A stretch of DNA of 64,000 nt from an uncultured delta proteobacterium (GCA_963776345.1 CAVZMH010000015.1:320001-384000); one strand, 5' to 3'; numbered from the stretch's first letter, positions 32,490 through 42,653 are shown. Numbers and translations are program-made. Notes: generated by a model not told the origin, from the letters alone.

Positions 32490-32798
32490 CTACTGGTGCC
32501 GCGCGTTGTGCTTCGCGGCGTAGATGCGCCGGCTCTCCCGGTTCTCCTGCCGGTTGATGCTCCGCCGCTCGGCCCCGGTCAGCTTGCCGCCGTTGGCTGC
32601 GCGGTCACGGGCGATCTCGTTGTCGATCCGGCCCTCCTGCCTCTCCAGCCGGGACGTCTCGCCGGGGGTGAGCTGGCCGCTCTGCACGCCCTCGCCGATG
32701 CGCTCCTGCTGCCGGGCCTCGCGGCGATCCACCTCGGCCGCCATGGCCAGCGACGACAGCGCGGTCACCACCAGAATCGTCCTGATCATCGTCTTCAC
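32490..32798 (-). CDS. Small secreted helical repeat protein
   Basis: Signal peptide; QQERIGEGVQSGQLTPGE / GGKLTGAE internal repeats. Confidence 0.8.
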   Translation of the reverse strand: MKTMIRTILVVTALSSLAMAAEVDRREARQQERIGEGVQSGQLTPGETSRLERQEGRIDNEIARDRAANGGKLTGAERRSINRQENRESRRIYAAKHNARHQ

Positions 32799-32915
32799 CG
32801 GTTCGTTCTCCTGACAGCGAGAGCGGCGCGACGCCGTGCCCGTTCGGAGGATCGAACCCGTTCGGCATGCGAACGTTGCGGGGCCGCCGCCGTGTCGCCG
32901 GCGACCCTCGGGCGT

Positions 32916-34206
32916 TCAGCGTGCGGGTGGGACGATGACCACCCCTTCCTTCATCACGAAGCTGACCCGCTCGGTCGCGGTGATGTCCTTCAGCGGGTCG
33001 TCCTTCATCCCCACCAGGTCGGCGTAGGCGCCGGGAGCGAGCGTGCCCAGCTCGGATTCCTTCCCCAGGAGCGCCGCCGCGGTGACGGTGCGCCGAGCGG
33101 AGCGCCTGCCACGGCGTCATCCCCCGCTCGACGTAGCGCTTGAACTCCTTCGCTTCGTTGAGCTTGGCCCAGGGGAACCCGCCGGCGTCGGTGCCGAGGG
33201 CGATGGGCACCCCGCGCGCGAGCGCGCGCCGGAACGACTCGTCCGACGCCTTGGCGATCGCGCTCCAGATGGGGTTGGTCTTGCTCCGGGGCGCGTCGAC
33301 GTACGCGATGACGGTCAGCGTCGGCGACAGGTAGACCTTCTTCTGCGCCATCTGCTTCGCGGTCGCCTCGTCGATCACCTGCCCGTGCTCGATGGAGTCG
33401 ACGCCCGCCGCCAGCGCGATGGCGTGCCCGGTGGGCGTGATGCTGTGCGCCGCGACGCGCCGGTTGCGTCCGGTGCGCCTGGTCGACGATGGCCTTCAGC
33501 TCCTCCTGCGGTGAAGTTGGGCAGGCTGCGGATCTGCCCGTCGGGCCGCTTGTAGTAGCCGCGGTCGGCGTAGACCTTGATCCAGTCCGCGCCGTGGGCG
33601 ATCTGGTCCCGCACCGCCTGCCGGCAGGCGTCGGGCCCGTCGCAGAGCTGGACCCCCTTGGGCATCTCCAGCTGCCAGGAGTAGGTGGTGCCGCCGAGAC
33701 CGTAGGCGCCGGTCGGGGCGAGCGCCTTGGTGGCCACGAAGAGCCGCGGGCCGACGATGATGCCCGCCGCGACCGCCTCTCTTCAGATCCACGTCGGCGA
33801 AGCCGGCGCCCTCGTTCCCGATGTCCCGGAGCGTGGTGAAGCCGTGCTCGAGCGCGATGCGCATCGCCCGGGTCGCCCGGAGCGCCCGGTACGGCAGCGA
33901 CTCCTTGAGGATCTGCTCGTCGTACTCGACGTCGGTCGGGTCGCCCTGGAGCATCACGTGGGTGTGGGTGTCGATGAAGCCGGGCGAGACCGTCAGGCCC
34001 GAGGCGTCCACCACCTGGGCTCCGGCGGGCACCGCGTCGCCCACAGACCGGATGCGCCCACCCTGGACGACCACCACGGCCCCGGCGCGCACCTTCTGGG
34101 TGGCCGGGTCGAGGAGCCGTCCGGTCTTCACCGCGATGACCGGACCCTGCTGCTGCCCGAGCGCGCCTCCGCACACGAGCGCTGCCACCCACGCCACGAT
34201 CCGCAT
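32916..34206 (-). CDS. Exported amidohydrolase (Xaa-Pro dipeptidase-like), four frameshifts
   Basis: PGFIDTHTH, GFTTLRD, WIKVY, AAHS, SIEHG, GTDAG and PGAYADLV spread over successive frames; extra bases near 33779, 33509, 33467 and 33091. Confidence 0.85.
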
Positions 34207-34285
34207 GTGCCCTCCCCTTCCCTGGTCGAGAAACTCCCGGGGAGGAGTGTGGCACGCCCCGAGGGGTCAGCTCACTCCCGGAACG

Positions 34286-34989
34286 TCACTCCGGCGTCGC
34301 CTGGACGATGAAGCGCTGGGGCGCCGAGCCCACGAAGTAGAACGGGTAGCAGGTGACCAGGGTGAGCCGGGTGCCGCGCGTGGGGGCGAGGACGCGCACG
34401 TCGTCGGGCTTCACGATCGATAGCCGCTCCACCCGAAAGCGACGCACCTCGCCCGGGAGGGCCAGCTCCATCTCGTCTCCCTCGGCGATGTCCTTCAGCA
34501 CGCGGAAGAAGCCGTCGCGGTGGCCGGCGATGCCCACGTTCCCCGTGTGGCCCGGGCGGGCGGTTCCCTCGATGTGGCCCACCGCGCGATCGAGCGTCCA
34601 CTCGTCGGTACCCTCGAGCACCGGCACCTCGAGCCGGAGCCGCGGGATGCGCAGCACGGCCAGCGGCGGGGGCGCGGGACGGGTCAGCGCATGCGCGTAG
34701 GCCAGGATCCGTCGCCCGTCCCAGAGGCTCTGGTCGATCTCGAGGCCGGGGGCTCCGGCCGTCGTGGGCGTGGGCGCGGCGGCCGTCGTGGGCACGGGCG
34801 CGGCGGCCGTCCGGCCCGCTCCGCCTCGTGGAAGGCGGCGAGCGCTCGCCGCTCGGAGGCCCAGGCGAGGCCACGGGCCCCGGCCCAGCTCACTCCGAGC
34901 ACCGCGGCCAGCACCCAGGCCACCCGCTCCACGCGGCGGAGGCGGCGAGACCAGGGATCTCGCCGCTCCAGCGTCGACTCCGAGCCCAA
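34286..34989 (-). CDS. Class D-like sortase (one frameshift near 34812)
   Basis: N-terminal TM; catalytic His in AGHRD, Cys in TLVTCYPF and Arg in PQRFIV; TTG start after a strong RBS. Confidence 0.9.
34757..34811. repeat. 24-bp tandem repeat encoding the sortase Ala/Pro/Thr linker
   Basis: GGCCGTCGTGGGC(GT/AC)GGGCGCGGC, about 2.3 copies, encoding TAAAPVPT TAAAPTPT. Confidence 0.8.
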
Positions 34990-35014
34990 CCCTTCCCTCC
35001 TCCTCCGCGATGGC

Positions 35015-35708
35015 CTACAGGGCCCTGCGGACCGCCCGGAGCGTCGCCCCGATTCCCGCGGAGAGCGCGGCGAGGAGCCCGACGAGCGGCAACGGGCTCG
35101 CGGTCTTGGGCATCCGAGCAGGCGCCGCGGCCACCGCGACGGGCTCCTCTGCAGGAGCGACCGCCTTGGCCTTGACGCTGCGCTGGGCGATCTGCTGCGG
35201 CGGCAGCGTGGTGACGAAGGTCCCCGTCAGGTGCTCGCCCTTCTTCACGCTGCGCAGCAAGACCTCCTTGCCGTCCTTGACGAAGTAGACGTCGTTCCCG
35301 TCGGGGTCCTTGAAGTTGTAGCTCTTGAGGTCGCCCTTCTGGTCCTTCAGCACGATGCCGCCCGGGGCGACCTGCATCACGGTGCCCGAGACGACCCGGG
35401 TGACGGTGACCTGGCGGGTGGTCACCTTGTCGGTGATCACAGCGCCGATCATCATCCCCGGTTTGATCTGGTCGACGCCGACGTCCTTGCCATCGAGCTG
35501 GAACTTGAAGCCGTCGGGAACGGTGTACTCGTGAGTCGCCGTCGGCCTCCTTCAGCACGACCTTGTTCCCGGAGACCGCCTGGACCTCTCCTCTCTTGAC
35601 CGTTTGGGTGACCTTCGTGCTCTCCGTGGTGGTGGCCGTCTGCGCCAGCGCGACAGGAGTGAGCGCGAGCGACAGAAGGCAGGCAGCGAATCTCGACTGA
35701 CGTGACAT
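35015..35708 (-). CDS. Putative sortase substrate: signal peptide, two beta-rich repeats and an MPKTAS sorting signal (one frameshift near 35537)
   Basis: ALA|Q signal; C-terminus RMPKTASPLPLVGLLAALSAGIGATLRAVRRAL (motif, hydrophobic stretch, basic tail). Confidence 0.82.
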
Positions 35709-35822
35709 AGGGCGGGCCCTCCCTCCGGACCCAAAGAGCCCATGGGCGGTGGAAGCACCGCTCTGGGGCCCGAACAGTCCATAACCCTCGCGGAATCCAC
35801 GGGAAGATAGCCCTTTTGGGGC

Positions 35823-35838
35823 GGGTCATCAATGACCC
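35823..35838. promoter_or_regulatory. Palindromic operator-like site
   Basis: GGGTCAT-CA-ATGACCC in the divergent intergenic region. Confidence 0.5.
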
Positions 35839-35950
35839 ATACCGGCCGTCCTGCCGTTCAGCCGTTTGCTGCCGGAAACGGCGCAAGCCGTGCGCTGGGC
35901 CCCGACCCGCCCGCGGCGCAGACTGATCGCCGAGGGGGAAGGAGTCGAGC

Positions 35951-36343
35951 GTGATGGCGAAGACCCTCCTCATCGTCGAGGACGACGCGTTTCAGCGCGA
36001 GCTGCTCTGCACCCTTCTGGAGGCGCACGGCTACGCCTGCATCGGCGTCGAGGACGGGCAGCGCGCGCTCGAGGTGCTGGCCGGCGAGCAGAACCCCGAC
36101 GCGGTGGTGCTGGACATGGTGCTCCCGCGGCTCAACGGGCACGAGTTCCTCCAGGAGCTCGGGGCGCGCGGGGAGCGGCGTCTCGGGGTGGTGGTGGTGA
36201 GCGGGTTCGGACCGGTGTCTCGCTTCGCGGAGCGGCTGCCGCTGGTTCGGGCGGTGGTGCAGAAGCCGGTGGACCTCGATGCGCTGCTCGAGGCGGTACA
36301 GAGCTGCGTCGGCGAGGGAGCCACCCCGACCGCGCAGCACTGA
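35951..36343 (+). CDS. Single-domain response regulator (CheY-like)
   Basis: IVEDD, VLDMVLP, VSG and KP motifs. Confidence 0.9.
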   Translation: MMAKTLLIVEDDAFQRELLCTLLEAHGYACIGVEDGQRALEVLAGEQNPDAVVLDMVLPRLNGHEFLQELGARGERRLGVVVVSGFGPVSRFAERLPLVRAVVQKPVDLDALLEAVQSCVGEGATPTAQH

Positions 36344-36485
36344 GCGGCCGGTTCGTCCGTGCGCGGCGCCCGAGCGGTGTACGCGCCGCTCGCACGCGGA
36401 CTCCCCTGGACGCGCCGGAAACGCCCGGCCCGGCAGCGGCGGCGCTGCCGGCTGAGCGAGCGCCGGGCCTAGACTCGACCGGGCG

Positions 36486-37059
36486 ATGACCCTCTCCCGC
36501 CCCACGCTCGCCGGACTCGCGCTCGTGCTCGGCCCTCGCCGGGTGCGATCTCGGAGCGTCGAGCGGGCCGGGAGACGGCGGGCCCACGCCGTCGGACCCC
36601 ACGACCGACCTCGCCCGGGTGGCGCTCCAGGCGCACGACCAGGTGCGGGCCAGCGCCACGCCCACCCCCAGCCCGGCGCTCCCCACCATGCAGTGGTCCG
36701 ACCAGGTCCAGGCCGTGGCCGCGCAGTGGGCGGCGAACTGCGTGTACCAGCACAACGCCGGCCGCGGGAACCTGGGGGAGAACATCGCCGCCAGCTCCCA
36801 GGGCTACTGGCTCACCATCGCTGGCGTGGTGCAGGCCTGGGCGTCCGAGGCCACCGACTACGACTACGCCTCGAACAGCTGCGCCGCGGGGAAGGTCTGC
36901 GGCCACTACACGCAGATCGTCTGGCGAAGCAGCACCCTGCTCGGCTGCGCCTATGCGCGCTGCACCCAGAACTCGCCCTTCAGCGGGGTCTCCACCTGGG
37001 ACTTCTGGGTCTGCGACTACAGCCCTCCCGGGAACTGGGTCGGCGAGCGTCCGTACTGA
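36486..37059 (+). CDS. CAP/SCP (PR-1-like) domain lipoprotein (one frameshift near 36531)
   Basis: AHDQVR, GENI, CGHYTQIVW and CDYSPPGN motifs; removing one G restores a signal peptide with lipobox LAGC. Confidence 0.88.
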
Positions 37060-37125
37060 GGCTCGAAGCCGCACCGCAGGCTGACGTAGCATGCGCCGCC
37101 ACCCCGTTGAACGAGGAGGTCCCCG

Positions 37126-38823
37126 GTGCGCTCCGTCTGCACGTTGCTGGTCCTCGTCGTCGGCTGCGCCGGAGGTTCCGCCGCGCCTCCCCCCCAGGCC
37201 GCTGCGGCTGCTGCGAAGACGCCGCCGGCTCCGCCGGTGCCCGCCTCGGTCCTCGCGCTCGCCCAGGGGGCGCAGCCGTTCGACGACCTCGGCACGCACA
37301 GCCGGCCGGTGGGCACCGCCTCGCCCGAGGCGCAGCGCTACTTCGACCAGGGGCTCCGGCTGGCGTACGGCTTCAACCACGACGAGTCGACCCGTTCGTT
37401 CGCCCGTGCGGCGGAGCTCGACCCGGGCTGCGCCGCGTGCCTGTGGGGCGTCGCCTGGACGCTGGGCCCCAACTACAACGTGCCGATGCTCCCCGACCGG
37501 GCGCAGGCGGCGTGGGACGCGCTGCAGGCGGCCCGCGAGAGAGCGACGACCGCCCGCCCCGTGGAGCAGGCCCTCATCACCGCGCTCGCCTCCCGCTACA
37601 AGGGGCCCCAGCCGGTGGACCCGGCAGGGCAGCAGCCGATGAACGAGGCCTTCGCCGGCGCGATGCGAGAGGTCGCGAAGGCCCACCCGGACGACGACGA
37701 CGTGCAGGTCATCTTCGCCGAGTCGATGATGGACGTGAACCCGTGGCACCTCTGGACGCTCGACGGCAAGCCGGCCGCCGGCACCGAGGAGATCGTCGCC
37801 ACGCTGGAGCGGGTGCTGGCCCGCTCCCCGCAGCACCCTGGCGCGAACCACTACTACATCCATGCGGTGGAGGCATCCCGCAGCCCAGACAAGGCCGTGC
37901 CCTCGGCGGAGCGCCTCCCCGGCCTGATGCCGGCGGCGGGACACATCGTCCACATGCCGGCGCACATCTTCCAGCGCGTGGGCCGGTACGGCGATGCGTC
38001 CGAGGCGAACCGCCGCGCCATCCGCGCCGACGAGGCGTACCTCACCCGGACGAAGCCGCCCGGCTACTACGCGATGTACCTCGGCCACAACCACGGCTTC
38101 CTCGCCTACTCGGCGTCGATGCTCGGCCGCTCCGAGGAGTCGCTCCGGGCGGCGCGCGAGGCGACCAAGGCCATTCCTCCCGGGATGCTGGACATGATGC
38201 CCGGCATGGACTTCTTCGCCGCCGAGCACCTGCTGGTGATGGTGCGCTTCGGGAAGTGGAAGGAGCTGCTCGCCGAGCCGCGGCCGCCCGAGAAGTACCC
38301 CAACCTCACCGCGCTGTGGCTCCACGCGCGGGGCATGGCGCTCGCCTCCACCGGCAAGACCCGCGAGGCCCAGAAGGCGATGCGCGAGCTCCGGACCCTG
38401 GCCACGAAGCTGCCGCCGGACCTCCTCGCCGGCCAGAACCCGGCCTCGGCCATGTGCCGCCTGGGCGCGGACGCGATCGAGGCCCGGATCGCCGAGCGGG
38501 CCCGGCGCTGGAGGCCTGCGCTCGCCGCGTGGCAGCGGGCGGTCGTCCAGGAGGACGGGTTCGCCTACAACGAGCCGGCGGACTGGTTCTACCCGATGCG
38601 GCACTACCTGGGCGCTGCCCTGCTGGACGCGAAGAAGCCGAAGGAGGCCGAGACCGTCTTCCGCCAGGACCTCGAGCGCAACCCGAACAACGGCTGGGCG
38701 CTCTACGGGCTCGCGGCGTCCCTCTCCGCGCAGGGCAAGAAGGACGAGGCCAGCGCCACCCGGAAGAAGTTCGACCAGGCGTGGAAGGACGCCGACATCA
38801 AGCTGACCCGCGCTGCGCGGTGA
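37126..38823 (+). CDS. TPR-repeat lipoprotein
   Basis: Lipobox VVGC; YFDQGL..YGFNH, GPNYN, HPGANHYYIHAVE, GHIVHMPAH and PNNGWAL motifs. Confidence 0.85.
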   Translation: MRSVCTLLVLVVGCAGGSAAPPPQAAAAAAKTPPAPPVPASVLALAQGAQPFDDLGTHSRPVGTASPEAQRYFDQGLRLAYGFNHDESTRSFARAAELDPGCAACLWGVAWTLGPNYNVPMLPDRAQAAWDALQAARERATTARPVEQALITALASRYKGPQPVDPAGQQPMNEAFAGAMREVAKAHPDDDDVQVIFAESMMDVNPWHLWTLDGKPAAGTEEIVATLERVLARSPQHPGANHYYIHAVEASRSPDKAVPSAERLPGLMPAAGHIVHMPAHIFQRVGRYGDASEANRRAIRADEAYLTRTKPPGYYAMYLGHNHGFLAYSASMLGRSEESLRAAREATKAIPPGMLDMMPGMDFFAAEHLLVMVRFGKWKELLAEPRPPEKYPNLTALWLHARGMALASTGKTREAQKAMRELRTLATKLPPDLLAGQNPASAMCRLGADAIEARIAERARRWRPALAAWQRAVVQEDGFAYNEPADWFYPMRHYLGAALLDAKKPKEAETVFRQDLERNPNNGWALYGLAASLSAQGKKDEASATRKKFDQAWKDADIKLTRAAR

Positions 38824-38842
38824 GCCTCATCGGCGCGGCGCC

Positions 38843-39439
38843 TCAGCGCGCCGACATCATGAGCGCGAGCACCGTCGCGACCTCGGCGTCCGCCCAGGTG
38901 GTGAGGATGGTCGGCAGCGTCACGCCCACCTGGATGAGCCCGCCACCGCAGGTCCTCGGCCCGACGTAGGCCTGGCCCTGGAAGCGGATGTCGTAACCGC
39001 AGCGCCCGAAGCTCCCGTTGATCCGCGCCCTGCTGATGGTAACGGTGGACGGAGTCCCGCCGATCAACCCGCTCACTGCCATCCCGTCGGGGCCCGGCGT
39101 GACGCGGATGCTGAAGGGCGTGCGGCCGACGATTCCGTCCGCGGCGTCGGCGGTCACCGTGAGGTTCACGTCCCGCCCGAACGCCTTGCCGCGCCAGGCC
39201 GTGACTCCGCCCTGGCCAGGGTAGCGGCCGAGGTTCACGTCCGGACCCTGGATGCCGGTCTCGGTCACGAGCTCCACGATTGGCTCCCGGATGCCGGTCA
39301 GCACGAAGCGTCCGCTCTCGGGCAACGCGCTCGCCTCGGGGGGCATGACATCCGGCGGCGGGAGCGGCTCCTCGTGCGCACAGGACAGGAGGACGGAGGA
39401 GACCACCACCAAGAGGAACTCGAGTCCGGAGCGCCGCAT
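38843..39439 (-). CDS. Hypothetical lipoprotein
   Basis: Lipobox LLSC; beta-rich body. Confidence 0.7.
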   Translation of the reverse strand: MRRSGLEFLLVVVSSVLLSCAHEEPLPPPDVMPPEASALPESGRFVLTGIREPIVELVTETGIQGPDVNLGRYPGQGGVTAWRGKAFGRDVNLTVTADAADGIVGRTPFSIRVTPGPDGMAVSGLIGGTPSTVTISRARINGSFGRCGYDIRFQGQAYVGPRTCGGGLIQVGVTLPTILTTWADAEVATVLALMMSAR

Positions 39440-39448
39440 GCCCGGACC

Positions 39449-39814
39449 CTAACGGCGGTCCCTGCGATCGACCACCGCGTTGAGGATGGCACGCGTCACC
39501 CCGATGACCAGGGCGCCCAGGAAGGCGGGGACGAAGCCGTCGACGTGAAGGCCGAGGCCCAGAGAACGCGCCGCGGCGCCCGTCACCCAGAGGAGAATCG
39601 CGTTGATCACCAGGGCGAAGAGCCCGAGGGTGATGAAGGTCACCGGAAGGGCGAGCAGCCGCAGGATGCCGCCCAGCACCGCGTTCACCAGCCCGAACAG
39701 CAGCGCCACCAGGAGGAGCGCCGGAAGCGGGCCCACGTAGCTCAGGCCGCTCACCAGCTGGGTGGCGACCCAGAAGGCGACCGCGGTCACCACCAGGTGA
39801 AGGAGAAAGCGCAT
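39449..39814 (-). CDS. 4-TM 'phage holin superfamily IV' / YvlD-like membrane protein
   Basis: GLVNA, LP..ITLGLF.LVINA and GFVPAFLGAL motifs. Confidence 0.85.
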   Translation of the reverse strand: MRFLLHLVVTAVAFWVATQLVSGLSYVGPLPALLLVALLFGLVNAVLGGILRLLALPVTFITLGLFALVINAILLWVTGAAARSLGLGLHVDGFVPAFLGALVIGVTRAILNAVVDRRDRR

Positions 39815-39859
39815 GGTCCCCTCCTGCGCGCCCCGGGAGCGCACCGGGTCGTCCGGCGG

Positions 39860-40150
39860 TCAGTGGCCGCCGGGCGCGACGCTTACCAGATCCTGCTCGT
39901 CCGGGTGCCGTTCCAGCCACTTCTTGACGAAGGGACAGGTCGGCACGACCCGCATGCCGTTCTGGCGGGCCCAGTCGAAGGCGGCCTTCGCCAGCTTCCC
40001 CCCGATTCCCTGGCCGGCGGCCGCATCGGGCACGCCGGTGTGGAGCAGATCCAGCGTCCGTCCTCCCAGCGGGCGGTAGACCAGCTCCGCGGTGCCGCCG
40101 GCCACCTCGAGGAAGAAACGGTGCCGTTTCGGGTCGTGCTCGACGTCCAT
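39860..40150 (-). CDS. Small GNAT acetyltransferase (YjdJ-like)
   Basis: HTGVP..GQGIG and VPTCPFV motifs. Confidence 0.88.
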   Translation of the reverse strand: MDVEHDPKRHRFFLEVAGGTAELVYRPLGGRTLDLLHTGVPDAAAGQGIGGKLAKAAFDWARQNGMRVVPTCPFVKKWLERHPDEQDLVSVAPGGH

Positions 40151-40231
40151 CGGGCTCCTCCGCGGAGCCCGACACGCTCGGACAGCGGCCACCCCCGCGT
40201 CAACCTGCGACGGCGAGGGTGGCCCGCCAGC

Positions 40232-40807
40232 TCACCTCCCCGGCGTGGGCGCCGCGGCGTCGGCGGTGGCGCTCGCAGGCGGCGTCGGCTGCGGGACCCG
40301 GTTCTTCACCGCCGGCACCGTGCGCAGGTACGCGAAGACCGCCTTCAGGTCCTGATCGGTGAGCTTGCCGATCATCTCCCAGGGCATGGGCGGGAGGATG
40401 GGCCGACCCCGTCCCATGTGCCGGCCGGTGCGCATGGTGTCGAGGAAGTTCTGATCCGTCCACGCGCCCAGGCCCGTCTCGCGGTCGGGGGTGAGGTTCG
40501 CGGTGTAGCTGATGCCCCACGGACCGGACCAGGCGGTCATGGTCCCGACGGTGGCCGCCATCCACGGCCCCTGGAGCACGGGGGCGGGCGTCACCGGCAT
40601 CTGCTCGGGGTGGCCCGAGAGGAGCCGCTCGGTGTCGAGCTCGGGGCCCTTCGGCCCCATCTTCTTCGGGGTGTGGCAGTCGTGGCAGCCGCCGAACATG
40701 ACCAAATATTCGCCGCGCTTCACCTGCGAGGTTGCGGTGGTGCCCGGTGCGGCGAGGGCGAGCGAGGACATCGAGAGAGCAACGAGCAGCGTCTTCTTCT
40801 GGGTCAC
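40232..40807 (-). CDS. Periplasmic c-type cytochrome (c-553-like, one CxxCH)
   Basis: Signal peptide; RGEYLV...CHDCHTP, ANLTPD.ETG.G.W, PPMPW. Confidence 0.88.
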   Translation of the reverse strand: MTQKKTLLVALSMSSLALAAPGTTATSQVKRGEYLVMFGGCHDCHTPKKMGPKGPELDTERLLSGHPEQMPVTPAPVLQGPWMAATVGTMTAWSGPWGISYTANLTPDRETGLGAWTDQNFLDTMRTGRHMGRGRPILPPMPWEMIGKLTDQDLKAVFAYLRTVPAVKNRVPQPTPPASATADAAAPTPGR

Positions 40808-41808
40808 GGCGTTCTCCTGTCTGCGAGTGAGTGAATCCAGCGCTCGAGGAGCGCGAGGGCATCCCGGTCGGGCTTCTCGGTCCCGAGCGGAGGCATCTGG
40901 TCGAGCGGGTCGCGTGCGCCCATGCGGCGGAAGAGCACGCTGTGCTCGGGCTGACCCGGCTGGAGCCGCATCTCGGCTCCGCCCACCGGCCGGAGCGCGC
41001 GCACCGCGAGCACCGAGGCGCGGGTCCGCTCGACAGAGGTCCGGCCCTCGGACACGCTCTGGAGCAGGTCCAGGCCGATGCCGGCCATCGGCCCCTGCCG
41101 GTTGTGGCAGACACCGCAGTTGGCGTGGAGGTAGCCCAGCGCCGCGCGCTCGTCGGCCGAGCTGGCCGCGATGCGGGGTGGCGCGCTCCGCAGCGACGAC
41201 GGCAGTCCGCGGAGGAGACCGCGGTCAAGGAGGTCCTCGAGGTGCACCTCGGCGTGCGCGGGGTGGGCGTGCGGCGCGCCCGGGTCGCGGTCAGACGAGA
41301 GCTGGAGCGCGGTGAAGCCGAGCACCGGGTTGGGCTGACCCTCGTGGCAGGCCCGGCAGTCGGCAGTGCCGGGAATCGCCCAGCGTCCGCCCGAGGGGAG
41401 GGCGACGCTCACGCCCGCGGGCGGCGCGAGCTCCGCGTCGGTGCCGTCCTCCGTCCAGACGTAGGCCGCGAACCGCCAGCCCTCGCGGGTGCGCTCGAGC
41501 ATCCGCGTCTCCAGCCGCCGGCCGAGGGTGAACTCCTTCCACAGCCGCGTCCCCACCGGGAAGACCCAGCGGTCCGGGTCGCGGGCGTCGATGCGCGTTC
41601 CCCTGGGGAGGCGGATCCACCGACGCTTCTCCGCCCCGTCGCTCCACAGCGGGTACTGCGGGCTGAAGGGGAGCACGTCGGCGGCGATCTCGTCGGTGCC
41701 CCCCGCGTAGAGGCCGGTGTCCCGGAGGTGCGAGGGGAGCTGGGCCGCGGCGTGCGCCGCCGGAGCGAGCGCCGCGAGCAGCGTGAGAAGTGTCTGGAGA
41801 CGCGCCAT
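40804..41808 (-). CDS. Exported diheme c-type cytochrome (SO2930-like)
   Basis: PLWSDGAEKRRWI, FPVGT, CRACH, YLHANCGVCH and MPPLG motifs. Confidence 0.8.
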   Translation of the reverse strand: MARLQTLLTLLAALAPAAHAAAQLPSHLRDTGLYAGGTDEIAADVLPFSPQYPLWSDGAEKRRWIRLPRGTRIDARDPDRWVFPVGTRLWKEFTLGRRLETRMLERTREGWRFAAYVWTEDGTDAELAPPAGVSVALPSGGRWAIPGTADCRACHEGQPNPVLGFTALQLSSDRDPGAPHAHPAHAEVHLEDLLDRGLLRGLPSSLRSAPPRIAASSADERAALGYLHANCGVCHNRQGPMAGIGLDLLQSVSEGRTSVERTRASVLAVRALRPVGGAEMRLQPGQPEHSVLFRRMGARDPLDQMPPLGTEKPDRDALALLERWIHSLADRRTP

Positions 41809-41848
41809 CGGTGCCGCGCGTTGTGCCAGCGGCAACCGATCTGCGTTT

Positions 41849-41876
41849 CCTAAACAGTCCCTAAATCGGTCTCAAG
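41849..41876 (-). promoter_or_regulatory. OmpR/PhoB-family-like direct repeats with 11-bp period
   Basis: Minus strand CTTGAG-N5-TTTAGG-N5-TTTAGG, about 40 bp upstream of the cytochrome start. Confidence 0.5.
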
Positions 41877-41894
41877 GGACCCCAGGTGCTGCTT

Positions 41895-42653
41895 CTACCG
41901 GCCGTGCCGTCCCTCCCCGCGCTGGAACCGGGCAGCACCAGCCCACGTTTCGCCGGCGCCGAGCGTCTCGCGTCCCCGGCGCACCTCGTTCTCCATCGCC
42001 TCCTGCTCGGGGAGGTCGAGCGACTCGAGCATCGAGAGCCGGTCGTTTCGCATGCAGGTCTGGGGGAGCGACGCCAGCTCGCGGGCAAGCTCGAGCGCAG
42101 CCTGGAGCGCCTGGCCCTCGGGAACGACCCGGTTCACCAGGCCCATGCTCCAGGCCTCCTGCGCCTGGACGGGGCGCCCGGTCAGGACCAGGTCCAGGGC
42201 CCGGCCCAGGCCCACGATGCGCGGGAGCCGCACAGTGCCCAGATCGACCAGGGGAACGCCGAAGCGGCGGCAGAAGACGCCGAGGATGGCCTCCTCGGAC
42301 GCCACCCGGAGGTCGCACCACAGCGCGAGCTCGAGCCCACCCGCGACGGCGTAGCCCTCGATGGCGGCGATGACCGGCTTGGAGAGCCGCAGCCGGGTGG
42401 GTCCCATCGGCCCGTCCCCCTCCGGGCGGATGGGGCGGGGCTCGCCCTCCGCGAGGGCCTTGAGGTCCGCGCCGGCGCAGAAGTGTCCGCCCGCGCCGGT
42501 GAGGATGGCCACCGAGGCGCTCGGGTCGCCGTCGAAGCCGCGGAACGCCGAGGAGAGCGCCACGGCGGTGGCGGCGTCGACGGCGTTCCTTCGCTCGGGT
42601 CGGTCGAGGGTGACGACGAGGACGTTGCCCTGCTGCTCGGTCCGGACGGTCAT
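41895..42653 (-). CDS. Enoyl-CoA hydratase/isomerase (crotonase) family
   Basis: RPERRNA, FCAGADL and KPVIAAIEGYAVAGGLELALWCD motifs. Confidence 0.93.
   Translation of the reverse strand: MTVRTEQQGNVLVVTLDRPERRNAVDAATAVALSSAFRGFDGDPSASVAILTGAGGHFCAGADLKALAEGEPRPIRPEGDGPMGPTRLRLSKPVIAAIEGYAVAGGLELALWCDLRVASEEAILGVFCRRFGVPLVDLGTVRLPRIVGLGRALDLVLTGRPVQAQEAWSMGLVNRVVPEGQALQAALELARELASLPQTCMRNDRLSMLESLDLPEQEAMENEVRRGRETLGAGETWAGAARFQRGEGRHGR

Noticed and set aside
35709..35950. c-di-GMP or other known riboswitch
   Set aside because: Hairpins are present but I could not match any consensus I know; an Rfam scan would be needed
32916..36540. Programmed ribosomal frameshifting
   Set aside because: No slippery heptamers at the junctions; many unrelated genes are affected, four times in one gene
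39449..39814. Prophage inferred from the 'holin' gene
   Set aside because: This family is commonly chromosomal; no integrase, structural or lysin genes nearby
41812..41830. sigma54 promoter at TGGCACAAC (also TGGCAC near 34250 and TGGCAT near 25792)
   Set aside because: No GC at the required GG-N10-GC spacing
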